Below are positions 1 to 8,007 of a stretch of DNA of 61,642 bases, piece by piece. Origin of the DNA: Actinomycetota bacterium (GTDB taxonomy: Bacteria > Actinomycetota > Acidimicrobiia > Acidimicrobiales > Ilumatobacteraceae). Each line of letters opens with the position of its first letter. The stretch's first letter is position 1. The position numbers and the translations under genes are program-made. A model generated the notes under the pieces. That model was not told where the DNA came from and ran no database searches. It worked only from the letters and a program-made list of their open reading frames with translations. The stretch spans positions 1 to 61,642 of the forward strand of contig JBJOEQ010000035.1 of assembly GCA_046049195.1 (NCBI GenBank). The letters are read 5' to 3'.

Positions 1-513
1 AATTGCGACTGACTTAATCACCACGTCAGTCTTTGGTCGGTCTCCTGAGCCTGTCGCAACATTTTGCATTGCTTCGACAACTTCGAGACCCTTCACAACT
101 TGACCAAACAACGAGTATGCAGGTGGAAGACTGCAACCGCTTGGACCACTCACAATGAAGAATTGCGAACCGTTGGTATTTGGTCCGGCGTTGGCCATTG
201 CAAGCGAACCGATTTGGTACTTGCCTGGCTTTGGCAACTCGTCAGCAAACTTGTAGCCAGGGCCACCGCGGCCGCTGCCCTCTGGGTCGCCACCTTGGCA
301 CATAAAGCCGTTGATGATGCGGTGAAAAATGACGTCGTTGTAATAACCCTGCTCGGCGAGAAACATAAAGTTGTTGACCGTCTTTGGTGCTGCGATTGGG
401 TCGAGCGCGATCACGATCGTGCCGAGCGTGGTCTCCATCGATGCGGTGTAGCGCTTAGATGAGTCAATGCTCATCTCTGGGGCTTGTGAAAACTTCTTTT
501 GATTTGGTGCCAT
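1..513 (-). CDS. Cyclophilin-type peptidyl-prolyl cis-trans isomerase (3' end runs off the window)
   Basis: Absent from the ORF track because there is no stop inside the window. Hand translation of the minus strand from the ATG at 513-511 gives MAPNQKKFSQAPEMSIDSSKRYTASMETTLGTIVIALDPIAAPKTVNNFMFLAEQGYYNDVIFHRIINGFMCQGGDPEGSGRGGPGYKFADELPKPGKYQIGSLAMANAGPNTNGSQFFIV... The frame stays open to base 1. FHRII.GFM.QGGDP and NTNGSQFFI are cyclophilin core motifs. Confidence 0.85.
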   Translation of the reverse strand, partial: MAPNQKKFSQAPEMSIDSSKRYTASMETTLGTIVIALDPIAAPKTVNNFMFLAEQGYYNDVIFHRIINGFMCQGGDPEGSGRGGPGYKFADELPKPGKYQIGSLAMANAGPNTNGSQFFIVSGPSGCSLPPAYSLFGQVVKGLEVVEAMQNVATGSGDRPKTDVVIKSVAI

Positions 514-724
514 GGCGCAAAACCCTAGCCCGATAAACGCACAATCGCATATGCTGAAGTCCATGAGTGACGCCCTCGACCTTGACGCAATCGATCAAGA
601 CCTCTCCGATGTCGAGACAGCATTACAGCGCCTCGACGCAGGCACATATTTTGTTGATGAAATTACGGGTGCGCCATTGAGCCAAGAAATGCTCAACGCC
701 AACCCAACTGCACGCCGCGCTTAG
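512..724 (+). CDS. Small DksA/TraR-like protein lacking the zinc-finger cysteines (start uncertain; in-frame Met codons at 551 and 563 are alternatives)
   Basis: The C-terminal part LSDVETALQRLDAGTYFVDEITGAPLSQEMLNANPTARRA follows the actinobacterial TraR/DksA pattern (..AL.RLD.GTYG.CE.CG.PI...RL.A.P.A..C..C). All four Cys positions are replaced or truncated away. Its stop overlaps the convergent stop of the next gene (TTAG at 721-724). Confidence 0.45.
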   Translation: MAQNPSPINAQSHMLKSMSDALDLDAIDQDLSDVETALQRLDAGTYFVDEITGAPLSQEMLNANPTARRA

Positions 725-1572
725 CGGTCGCGCATTTTTGCGAGCAAGCGCAATATTTCGAGGTACAACCACACGAGTGTGACCATGATGCCGAACGCGG
801 CGAACCACTCCATATGTTTTGGTGCACCTGCTGCTTCTGCTTTGTCGATGAAGTCAAAGTCGAGCGCCAAGTTCATTGCAGCAAGACCAGCAACCAACAC
901 GCTGAAGCCAATACTCATTGTGCTCGATCCGGTTGGAATCAAGTTTGCGCCAAAGAAACCCGCAACAAACGAGAACAAATAAAACGCCATCAGGCCGAGT
1001 GTTGCGCCCACCACAATGCGACGGAACTTGTCGGTTACACGCAAGATGCCTGTGCGATAGAGCACGAGCATTACTACGAATACGCCGATGGTTGCGCCCA
1101 CCGCTTGCAACACAATGCCAGGATATTGCAGGTTGAACACTTTGGAAATCGCACCAACTACTGCGCCTTGGGCAATTGCGTAGACGGGCGCGAGGATGCG
1201 CGCTGCGGTTGGCTTAAACATGACACCAAATGCACAACCAAGGCCAACGAGCAGCGCAATCATTGCCCAGCTTGGGAATGAAACCGAGCCACCAACGGTA
1301 AGTGGTTGCACCGTTGTCCAGCCGTAAGTGGCTGATGCAACGAGCAAGACCATGAGAAACAAGGTTGCCGACATTGCACCGTTTGCCGTCATGGTTTGGC
1401 CAGGTGCTTTGGCAGAAATATATGGAGAGACTTGACCATCGGAAATCGGTGGATTCCATGTCGATTTGCCCTCGGCTGAGCCCCAACCGGCTTGGTCGGG
1501 GGTGCGCTCAACGGCTTTGGTAAATGCCTTTTCGTTTAACAGTGGGTTTGCCATACCCCGATAGTACGACAT
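721..1572 (-). CDS. Bax inhibitor-1/YccA family integral membrane protein
   Basis: 283 aa. N-terminus is SYYRGMANPLLNEKAF, followed by about 7 hydrophobic helices. This is the typical actinobacterial BI-1/YccA-like architecture. The start could be the Met at MANPLL. Confidence 0.7.
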   Translation of the reverse strand: MSYYRGMANPLLNEKAFTKAVERTPDQAGWGSAEGKSTWNPPISDGQVSPYISAKAPGQTMTANGAMSATLFLMVLLVASATYGWTTVQPLTVGGSVSFPSWAMIALLVGLGCAFGVMFKPTAARILAPVYAIAQGAVVGAISKVFNLQYPGIVLQAVGATIGVFVVMLVLYRTGILRVTDKFRRIVVGATLGLMAFYLFSFVAGFFGANLIPTGSSTMSIGFSVLVAGLAAMNLALDFDFIDKAEAAGAPKHMEWFAAFGIMVTLVWLYLEILRLLAKMRDR

Positions 1573-1703
1573 TGCTGCAGGATCTCAATGCCAAACAGGT
1601 CACATGAAAAACACCAAATCAGGTAAGAGTTTTGCCGTTTTTGAGGTGGTGGGGCTTGACCCTGTCGGTATCGTTACCCCGTTCCCGCCTATAAGGAGTC
1701 GTA

Positions 1704-2642
1704 GTGGCCAAAGACCGTATCGATCGTGACGAAGAAGACTTAGTCCGTCTCTATCTCACCGACATCGGTCAGTACGCCCTCCTCACAAAAGACGACGAAG
1801 TTCGTTTGGCAAAGGCCATTGAGACAGGCAAAGAAGCAACTGCCGAGCTCGACAAGAGTGACAAGACGCTCACTCCAAACCGTCGCCGCGAGTTGCGCAA
1901 AGATCAGCGCGATGGCACAAAAGCCGAGCGTCAGTTCGTGCAATCCAACTTGCGTCTCGTGGTTTCGATCGCCAAAAAATATCAGGCATCGGGCTTGCCA
2001 CTGCTCGACTTGATTCAAGAAGGCAACTTGGGTTTGATGCACGCCGTCGAAAAGTTTGACTGGCGCAAGGGTTTCAAATTCTCAACATACGCAACGTGGT
2101 GGATCCGTCAGGCCATTACTCGCGGCATTGCAAACACGGGTCGCACCATTCGCCTCCCGGTTCATGCTGGCGACACGCTTGCACGTTTACAAAAGGCACG
2201 CTCGCGCCTCGAGCTTAAGTTTGGTCGTCCTGCAACTCTTGCCGAATTGTCAAAAGAAGTCGAGATGCCAGAAGACAAAGTGACAGAAGCATTGCGTTTT
2301 GCTGCCGAGCCACTTTCGTTGTCAGAGCCACTGCGCGAAGATGGCGATGCCGAATTGGGCGACGTTGTAGAAGACCGCGCAGCAGAGTCTCCATTTGAAG
2401 TTGCTGCAACCGCATTGTTGCCAGAAGAAATCTCGCGACTGCTTGCACCTCTCGATCAGCGCGAGCGCGAAATTCTTGCACTGCGCTTCGGTCTCGACCG
2501 CGGCGAGCCACGCACACTCGAAGAAGTTGGCGAAGCATTCAACCTCACACGCGAGCGCATTCGCCAGATCGAAGCACGCGCAATGAGCAAGTTGCGCCAC
2601 CCGTCGAGCGACACCGGCGCGCGCGACCTTCTCTCGGTCTAA
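1704..2642 (+). CDS. RNA polymerase sigma-70 family factor (group 1/2, SigB/HrdB-like, no long region 1.1)
   Basis: Region 1.2 DLVRLYLTDIGQYALLTKDDEVRLA; region 2 LRLVVSIAKKYQASGLPLLDLIQEGNLGLMHAVEKFDWRKGFKFSTYATWWIRQAITR; region 4 TLEEVGEAFNLTRERIRQIEARAMSKLRH. GTG start preceded by AAGGAG. Confidence 0.92.
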   Translation: MAKDRIDRDEEDLVRLYLTDIGQYALLTKDDEVRLAKAIETGKEATAELDKSDKTLTPNRRRELRKDQRDGTKAERQFVQSNLRLVVSIAKKYQASGLPLLDLIQEGNLGLMHAVEKFDWRKGFKFSTYATWWIRQAITRGIANTGRTIRLPVHAGDTLARLQKARSRLELKFGRPATLAELSKEVEMPEDKVTEALRFAAEPLSLSEPLREDGDAELGDVVEDRAAESPFEVAATALLPEEISRLLAPLDQREREILALRFGLDRGEPRTLEEVGEAFNLTRERIRQIEARAMSKLRHPSSDTGARDLLSV

Positions 2643-2661
2643 AGCCGTCACTGGTTCACCC

Positions 2662-3525
2662 GTGCTGTGCACGATCGGTGACCTCATTGAAGATGTTGTT
2701 GTCTGGCTCAATAGTGAACTGAATATTGGCAGCGACTCCGACTCGATCATTGTGCGCACCCGTGGTGGAAGCGCAGCCAACGTTGCGATGTTTGGCGCAC
2801 TGAACGGCACGCCATCTCGATTTATCGGTCAGGTTGGCAACGACAATCTTGGTGAGCAATTGTGCGCATCGCTTCGCGAGACGGGTGTCGATGTGTGCAC
2901 AGTTGCCGAGGGTCGCACAGGAAGCATCGTTGTGGTTGTTCAACCCAATGGCGAGCGCACGTTTCTCACCGACCGTGGTGTTGCATCAGAACTTTCGGTT
3001 TTTGATGTGTCGTATCTCGCTGGTGTTTCAATCGTGCACGTGCCTACGTATTCACTCGCCCTCGAGCCACTTGCTATTACTGCCGATCACTACATACGTG
3101 CTGCACGCACGGCTGGTGCACTCATCTCCGTTGACGCATCATCCACCTCGGTATTGCGCGATTATGGCATCGATCGCTATGCAGACTTGATTGCCTCTAT
3201 TGGGCCAGATGTATTTCTGTGCAACAACGACGAAGCAGTATTGCTCAATATCGATTCTGAGCACCCAATGCCCGGTGTCGAACTCACCGTCATCAAGCGT
3301 GGCGCACTGCCAGTCACGGCAATTACTGCTGCAGGTGTTGTTACCGAAGTTGCGACACCACCAGTTGCAAACATTGTCGACACCACTGGCGCAGGCGATG
3401 CATTTGCTGCAGGATTTTTGCCCGTCTATGCAACTTCACGCAATATCAAAGATGCCATAACGAATGGCAACCTCATTGCTGCGCGAGTATTGCGCTCACC
3501 TGGTGCCACACTGGATGTCAAATGA
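2662..3525 (+). CDS. psuK: PfkB-family carbohydrate kinase, probable pseudouridine kinase
   Basis: PfkB signature DTTGAGDAFAAGFL near the C-terminus. 4-nt ATGA overlap with the downstream psuG, which is the classical psuK-psuG pairing. Confidence 0.7.
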   Translation: MLCTIGDLIEDVVVWLNSELNIGSDSDSIIVRTRGGSAANVAMFGALNGTPSRFIGQVGNDNLGEQLCASLRETGVDVCTVAEGRTGSIVVVVQPNGERTFLTDRGVASELSVFDVSYLAGVSIVHVPTYSLALEPLAITADHYIRAARTAGALISVDASSTSVLRDYGIDRYADLIASIGPDVFLCNNDEAVLLNIDSEHPMPGVELTVIKRGALPVTAITAAGVVTEVATPPVANIVDTTGAGDAFAAGFLPVYATSRNIKDAITNGNLIAARVLRSPGATLDVK

Positions 3526-4439
3526 AACCGACTCCGTCAATTATCAAAGTCAGCGACGAAGTGCGCGATGCACTCGCTTCAAATCGTGCTGTCGTTGCAC
3601 TTGAGTCGACCATTTTTTCGCACCTCGGTTTGCCGTCGCCGGCTAATGCCCAGGCACTCACCAATTGCATCGCAGCCATTCGCGAAGCCAACGCAGTTCC
3701 AGCAATCACTGCCGTCATCGATGGTGTTGCACGCGTTGGCATCAACGAGTCAGAACACGAGCGCATCCTTGGCCCTGCCAAAAAAGTTGGCGAACGCGAG
3801 ATCGCTCTTGCCGTTGCTCAGCGTTGGTCGGTTGGCGCCACAACGGTTTCTGCATCGCTGTTGCTTGCCAGCCGCGCTGGCATCGGCGTGTTTGCAACTG
3901 GTGGCATTGGCGGCGTGCACCGCGACTCACATCTACACGGCGACATCTCAGCCGACTTAGGTGCGCTCGCGGCGCATCCTGTGGTCACGGTGTGTGCAGG
4001 TGCAAAATCATTTCTCGATTTGCCACGCACGCTCGAATATCTAGAAACTCTCGGTGTGCCTGTCGTTGGTGTTGGTTGCAACGACTTCCCCGCATTCACG
4101 GTGCACTCAAGTGGCTTGCCCATCCCTGCTCGCGTTGAAAACGTTGAAGAGTTGTGTGCATACACGCAAGCCCACTTGGCACTTGGTCGCACGAGCGGCA
4201 TTCTTGCCTGCGTACCAGTGCCGCTTGCCGACTCGCTCGACAAAAACATGATCGACGCAGTGATCGAGACCGCGCTCAGGGCAACTGCCGACGCAGGCAT
4301 CGTTGGGCCTGGTGTTACTCCACATGTGTTGGGTGCAATCGCTGCTGCCACGGGTGGCGCAAGTGTGGTTGCCAACTTGTCACTGGCTCGCAACAACGCC
4401 TGTGTTGCAGCGCAACTCGCAGTCGCACTCACGCGCTGA
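3522..4439 (+). CDS. psuG: Pseudouridine-5'-phosphate glycosidase (IndA/PsuG family)
   Basis: Family-typical blocks VVALESTIFSHLGLPSPAN, VFATGGIGGVHRDS and ISADLGAL. About 305 aa. Confidence 0.85.
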   Translation: MKPTPSIIKVSDEVRDALASNRAVVALESTIFSHLGLPSPANAQALTNCIAAIREANAVPAITAVIDGVARVGINESEHERILGPAKKVGEREIALAVAQRWSVGATTVSASLLLASRAGIGVFATGGIGGVHRDSHLHGDISADLGALAAHPVVTVCAGAKSFLDLPRTLEYLETLGVPVVGVGCNDFPAFTVHSSGLPIPARVENVEELCAYTQAHLALGRTSGILACVPVPLADSLDKNMIDAVIETALRATADAGIVGPGVTPHVLGAIAAATGGASVVANLSLARNNACVAAQLAVALTR

Positions 4440-4443
4440 TTAT

Positions 4444-4539
4444 TGGCGGAGGCGGACGGGAATCGAACCCGCCGAACGAGGATTACTCGTCCCAACCGCT
4501 TTGAAGGCGGCGGAGTCCACCAGGCACCCAGACACCTCC
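4444..4539 (-). tRNA. selC: tRNA-Sec (anticodon UCA), selC
   Basis: Minus-strand 96 nt: GGAGGTGTCTGGGTGCCTGGTGGACTCCGCCGCCTTCAAAGCGGTTGGGACGAGTAATCCTCGTTCGGCGGGTTCGATTCCCGTCCGCCTCCGCCA. Anticodon loop is CUUCAAA (UCA). It has a 6-bp extra arm GACGAG/CTCGTT and T-loop TTCGATT. Acceptor plus T stems total 13 bp rather than 12. Discriminator G and encoded CCA. The D-arm pairing is imperfect by eye. Confidence 0.8.
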
Positions 4540-4658
4540 GTTTATCACCGTATCTAAACACTTGTAACTAAATCAACGTCACTTGGCGACATCTCGCGTA
4601 CACATCGTGTCCAAACCGATTCGGTGTATTCGCACCGAACGCACAGTTGGAGGTTGTG

Positions 4659-5312
4659 ATGATTGTTTGTTGGTCTGTCAAAGGTGGAAGTGGCACCACG
4701 GTTGTTGCGGCGGCATTGGCGTTGGTTTTGGCCCAGCGTCTCGATATTGGTGCGCGTCTCATCGACATGTCGGGTGATACTCCCTCCGCTCTCGGCATGT
4801 CAGAGCCAGCGTCAGAAGGCATTGCCGAATGGTTGAGCGCAACTGACCATCCAGGTGCTGATGCACTCAACAATTTGATGTTGCCGGTCACTGCGCACCT
4901 CGGAGTAATTCCTCGCGGCCGCAACATCATCGTGCCATCACAGTTGAACCCAGATCGTTTGCACGATCTCGCACATGCTGTTGCCCAGTCGCCCATGCCA
5001 ACTGTTGTCGATGCTGGTAGTGGCCTTGCAACAATTCCCATCCTCCTGCACGCCACTCGTTCGCTCTTAATTATTCGTCCGTGTTATCTGGCTCTGCGCC
5101 GAGCATCGCTGCTCACCACCCCGCCGCACGGTGTCATCGTTATTGCCGAACCTGGGCGTGCCCTTGGTGTGCACGATGTCGAGTCTGTTGTCGGCGCACC
5201 AGTGCTTGCCGAGATTCCATTTGATCCTGCAATTGCTCGTGCAGTTGATGCAGGACTACTCGCAGGTCGAGTGCCAACTCTGCTTGCCAAACACCTTGTC
5301 GATGTGTGCTGA
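4659..5312 (+). CDS. CpaE/TadZ (Ssd)-like ParA/MinD-fold protein with a degenerate Walker A
   Basis: MIVCWSVKGGSGTTVVAAALA: a deviant Walker A KGG.G(K)[ST] in which the P-loop Lys is Thr. It is the first gene of the Tad-like operon. GGAGG at 4649-4653 sits 5 nt before the ATG at 4659, so the ORF-track TTG start at 4647 is unlikely. Confidence 0.7.
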   Translation: MIVCWSVKGGSGTTVVAAALALVLAQRLDIGARLIDMSGDTPSALGMSEPASEGIAEWLSATDHPGADALNNLMLPVTAHLGVIPRGRNIIVPSQLNPDRLHDLAHAVAQSPMPTVVDAGSGLATIPILLHATRSLLIIRPCYLALRRASLLTTPPHGVIVIAEPGRALGVHDVESVVGAPVLAEIPFDPAIARAVDAGLLAGRVPTLLAKHLVDVC

Positions 5313-5333
5313 GCACTGCAACATCTTGCAATC

Positions 5334-6485
5334 ATGAACACTGCATTTGATCTTCCGCTCGACACTCACACACGTGCACTTGTCGACACTCTGCAACAAC
5401 ACTTGCGCAACGAGCGCGGCGACTTGCTTTCTGCCGCACACATTCATTTGCGCAGTATTGCACCGCTCATGTCGCAGACCACACAACATGCAGTGGCATC
5501 GCGAGCGGTGTCGGGCATCTCTGGCCTTGGCGCACTTGATCACTATTTGGCTCGCACCGATGTGCGCGAAGTCATGGTCAACGCCGGAACAGACGTATTT
5601 ATAGAGGATTCAACTGGCGTGCATTTGGTTGACACCCTGCCCATTGGCGAGGTCGACGCAATCATCGAACGGATCTTGTTGCCACTTGGCAAACGGCTCG
5701 ACAGGTCTTCTCCCATTGTCGATGCGCGGCTTGCCGACGGCTCTCGGGTGTGTGCTGTCATTGCGCCAATTGCAGTTGACGGATCATGTCTTTCTATCCG
5801 CAGATTTTCTGTGCGACCTATTTCGCTCAACGATTTTGGCGGCGATGCAACTGTTGCATTGCTCACCCAACTCGTGCATCGTCATTGCAACGTGCTTGTC
5901 ACCGGTGCGGCTTCCACCGGCAAGACCACATTGCTCAATGCGTTGTGCGCACATATCCCTGCGCATGAACGCGTCATCACTGTGGAAGACACAGCCGAAT
6001 TGCAGTTGCAGGCAAGTCATGTCGTGCGGCTCGAGGCCCGACCACCCACCGCAGAGGGCGTTGCAGGAATCTCGATTTCAGAACTCTTGCGCACAGCATT
6101 GCGCATGCGACCAGACAGATTTGTGGTTGGAGAGGTACGCGGCGCCGAAGTTGTCGACATGTTGGCGGCAATGAACACAGGTCACCACGGATCATTTGCC
6201 ACCTGCCACGCCAACTCTGCCGACGATGCACTGCTGCGACTTGAGTCGTTGATGTTGCAGCACTGCGGGCAATGGCCGCGAGAAGCCATTGCTCAACACA
6301 TTTGTGCGGCGATCGACGTTGTTGTTTCCGTCGGTCGCCATGCAGATGGTTTGCGGTCGGTCATTGAGATCAGCGAAGTGTCAAAAACGCCTGGTGCTCC
6401 ATGTCGTCCGCTACTCCGCCAAGACATCTGTAGTGGCGTGCACAGCGAACTGCGCATTGGTCAACTCAGTCGCGGGCGCTCATGA
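5334..6485 (+). CDS. cpaF: CpaF/TadA-type (VirB11-like) pilus assembly ATPase
   Basis: Walker A VTGAASTGKTTLLNAL; Walker B/Asp box FVVGEVRGAE; His box GHHGSFATCHANS. 383 aa. Confidence 0.9.
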   Translation: MNTAFDLPLDTHTRALVDTLQQHLRNERGDLLSAAHIHLRSIAPLMSQTTQHAVASRAVSGISGLGALDHYLARTDVREVMVNAGTDVFIEDSTGVHLVDTLPIGEVDAIIERILLPLGKRLDRSSPIVDARLADGSRVCAVIAPIAVDGSCLSIRRFSVRPISLNDFGGDATVALLTQLVHRHCNVLVTGAASTGKTTLLNALCAHIPAHERVITVEDTAELQLQASHVVRLEARPPTAEGVAGISISELLRTALRMRPDRFVVGEVRGAEVVDMLAAMNTGHHGSFATCHANSADDALLRLESLMLQHCGQWPREAIAQHICAAIDVVVSVGRHADGLRSVIEISEVSKTPGAPCRPLLRQDICSGVHSELRIGQLSRGRS

Positions 6486-7213
6486 TCTACGACATTTTTA
6501 ATGCAAGTTTTGATGATGGTGTTCTGTTCGTCGGCACTGTTTCATTTGCTGGGGCATGTGCGTTACTGATTGCGCCACCACTCACCAAGCTTTGGTCGCG
6601 CCGGTGGTTGCGGGTGCGGCTCAGTACAACTTCGAATAAAACCACAGCTATAACATCAGCCATAACATCAGCCACGACAACACCCCCACTGGCCATAACC
6701 GATTTCCTCGATGCGATTGCGCGCGATGTGCGTTCAGGGTTTTCGCTCGCATCGTCGTTTGTGCAATGCAGTGATCAACAATCAGATGACAACCATTGGA
6801 GTCAACCCGTTGCTCGACAATGTTTGCGTGGCGTCGTGCTTGCCGATGCACTCGTCGAGTGCGCGTTGCCCACGTGGACACCCGAGATTCGTTTTGCAAG
6901 TCGCACCTTGGCGGTTGCAAGTGCTGGCGGCGCAGGCGTGGCGCCTGCTCTCGAACACAGCGCATCGGTGTTGCGTGAGCAACAGGCCCTAGTACTCGAC
7001 CGAGATGTGCAGGCTGCTCAGGCGCAGTTGTCTACCAAAGTGCTCACGTGGTTGCCGATCGCAGTATTTGCATGGATCGCAATCACTGATCCCATTGCTC
7101 GAATGTTTCTGCTCAGCACTCCAGTTGGCATGTGTTGTGTTGCTACCGGCATCACGCTCAACGTTTCTGGCCGCAAATGGATGTCGCATGTAGTCGACAA
7201 CATCTCTGTATGA
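6482..7213 (+). CDS. tadB: TadB-like pilus assembly inner-membrane protein (T2SS-F-like)
   Basis: Position after cpaF with an ATGA overlap. Has an N-terminal TM, a cytoplasmic block FLDAIARDVRSGFSLASSF, and C-terminal TMs. The call rests mostly on operon context. Confidence 0.55.
   Translation: MIYDIFNASFDDGVLFVGTVSFAGACALLIAPPLTKLWSRRWLRVRLSTTSNKTTAITSAITSATTTPPLAITDFLDAIARDVRSGFSLASSFVQCSDQQSDDNHWSQPVARQCLRGVVLADALVECALPTWTPEIRFASRTLAVASAGGAGVAPALEHSASVLREQQALVLDRDVQAAQAQLSTKVLTWLPIAVFAWIAITDPIARMFLLSTPVGMCCVATGITLNVSGRKWMSHVVDNISV
6650..6673 (+). repeat. Perfect tandem duplication of a 12-mer (ATAACATCAGCC x2) inside the tadB-like gene
   Basis: Read directly: 6650-6661 equals 6662-6673. 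Encodes AITS-AITS in a Thr/Ala-rich linker. Confidence 0.8.
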
Positions 7214-7737
7214 CATTCAGTTTCATCGTCTTAGTTGTTGGGGCAATCGCAATCAGGTTATTTAGGCGACGCAATCGCAACCGGCTGCCTGCCCAACTTG
7301 CACGCCAGCTTCCAGAATTTATTGATGCTGTTGTGTTGTTGATGTTTTCTGGCAGCACACCTGCTCAATCACTGATCGCAGCGCACACGTGGCTCGAGCC
7401 ACCACTGCGCGAGATTGTTGCAGATGTATCCCAACAATTGTTGCGCGGCAATCGGTTGAGTGACTGTGTTACATCATTGCGACAAATCATTGGTAGCCCT
7501 GCATTTGCGTTGGTCGACGCATTACTTTCGGCCGACAGAGATGGTCAGTCAATTGCCACCACACTCGATCGTCTTTCCAATGAATCGCGCATGCAACGCA
7601 GGCGCCAACTCGATGCCGACATCCGCAGGCTCCCTGTGCGACTCACGTTTCCGCTTGTGTGCTGCATCCTTCCCTCGTTTGTGATGCTCGGTGTTGTGCC
7701 GATGATCGCAACCGCACTTGCTCATCTCAATCATTAA
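7210..7737 (+). CDS. tadC: TadC-like pilus assembly inner-membrane protein (T2SS-F-like)
   Basis: In-frame ATG at 7210 makes an ATGA overlap with the tadB-like stop, so the ORF-track start at 7132 is rejected. LPEFIDAVVLLMFSGSTPAQSL is a T2SS-F-type block. Has a C-terminal TM pair. Confidence 0.55.
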   Translation: MTFSFIVLVVGAIAIRLFRRRNRNRLPAQLARQLPEFIDAVVLLMFSGSTPAQSLIAAHTWLEPPLREIVADVSQQLLRGNRLSDCVTSLRQIIGSPAFALVDALLSADRDGQSIATTLDRLSNESRMQRRRQLDADIRRLPVRLTFPLVCCILPSFVMLGVVPMIATALAHLNH

Positions 7738-7750
7738 TGAAAGAAGGATT

Positions 7751-7999
7751 ATGAATCACATCTACGTCTATTTCATGCATCTACTGCATCGTGTTCACTC
7801 GGTGCACACAAAACAAGACGAGTTGCACGACGCTGGTCAAGCAACAACCGAATACGCGCTTGTGCTTCTTGGCGCAGCAATCATTGCGCTTTTAGTCGTG
7901 GCATGGGCCACCGATGGTGGTGGTGCGGGGCGTATTGGCGAACTCTTCGACAGTGTGATTGGCAATATTTTGGGTCGTGCCGACGCAGTCCAGCCGTAG
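7751..7999 (+). CDS. Flp-family (DUF4244-like) prepilin
   Basis: G/QATTEYALVLLGAAIIALLVV matches the Flp processing motif G/XXXXEY followed by a hydrophobic helix. AAGGA precedes the ATG at 7751. Short protein. Confidence 0.6.
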   Translation: MNHIYVYFMHLLHRVHSVHTKQDELHDAGQATTEYALVLLGAAIIALLVVAWATDGGGAGRIGELFDSVIGNILGRADAVQP

Positions 8000-8007
8000 T
8001 CGCTGAC

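Noticed and set aside
64-462. 132-aa plus-strand ORF at the start of the window
   Set aside because: It lies antisense to a clearly recognisable cyclophilin gene (minus strand, 1-513), and its translation is Trp/Cys/Arg-rich with no family resemblance.
7132-7209. Upstream extensions of ORF-track frames that overlap the preceding gene (7132 tadC-like, 7903 TadE-like, 13223 holB, 18124 tilS, 28963 GT2, 42750 kdsB-like, 50515 ccr, 54334 CopCD, 60111 methyltransferase)
   Set aside because: In each case an internal start gives either a 4-nt overlap or a short spacer and begins at the point where the family-typical N-terminus starts. The extensions translate to non-homologous sequence.
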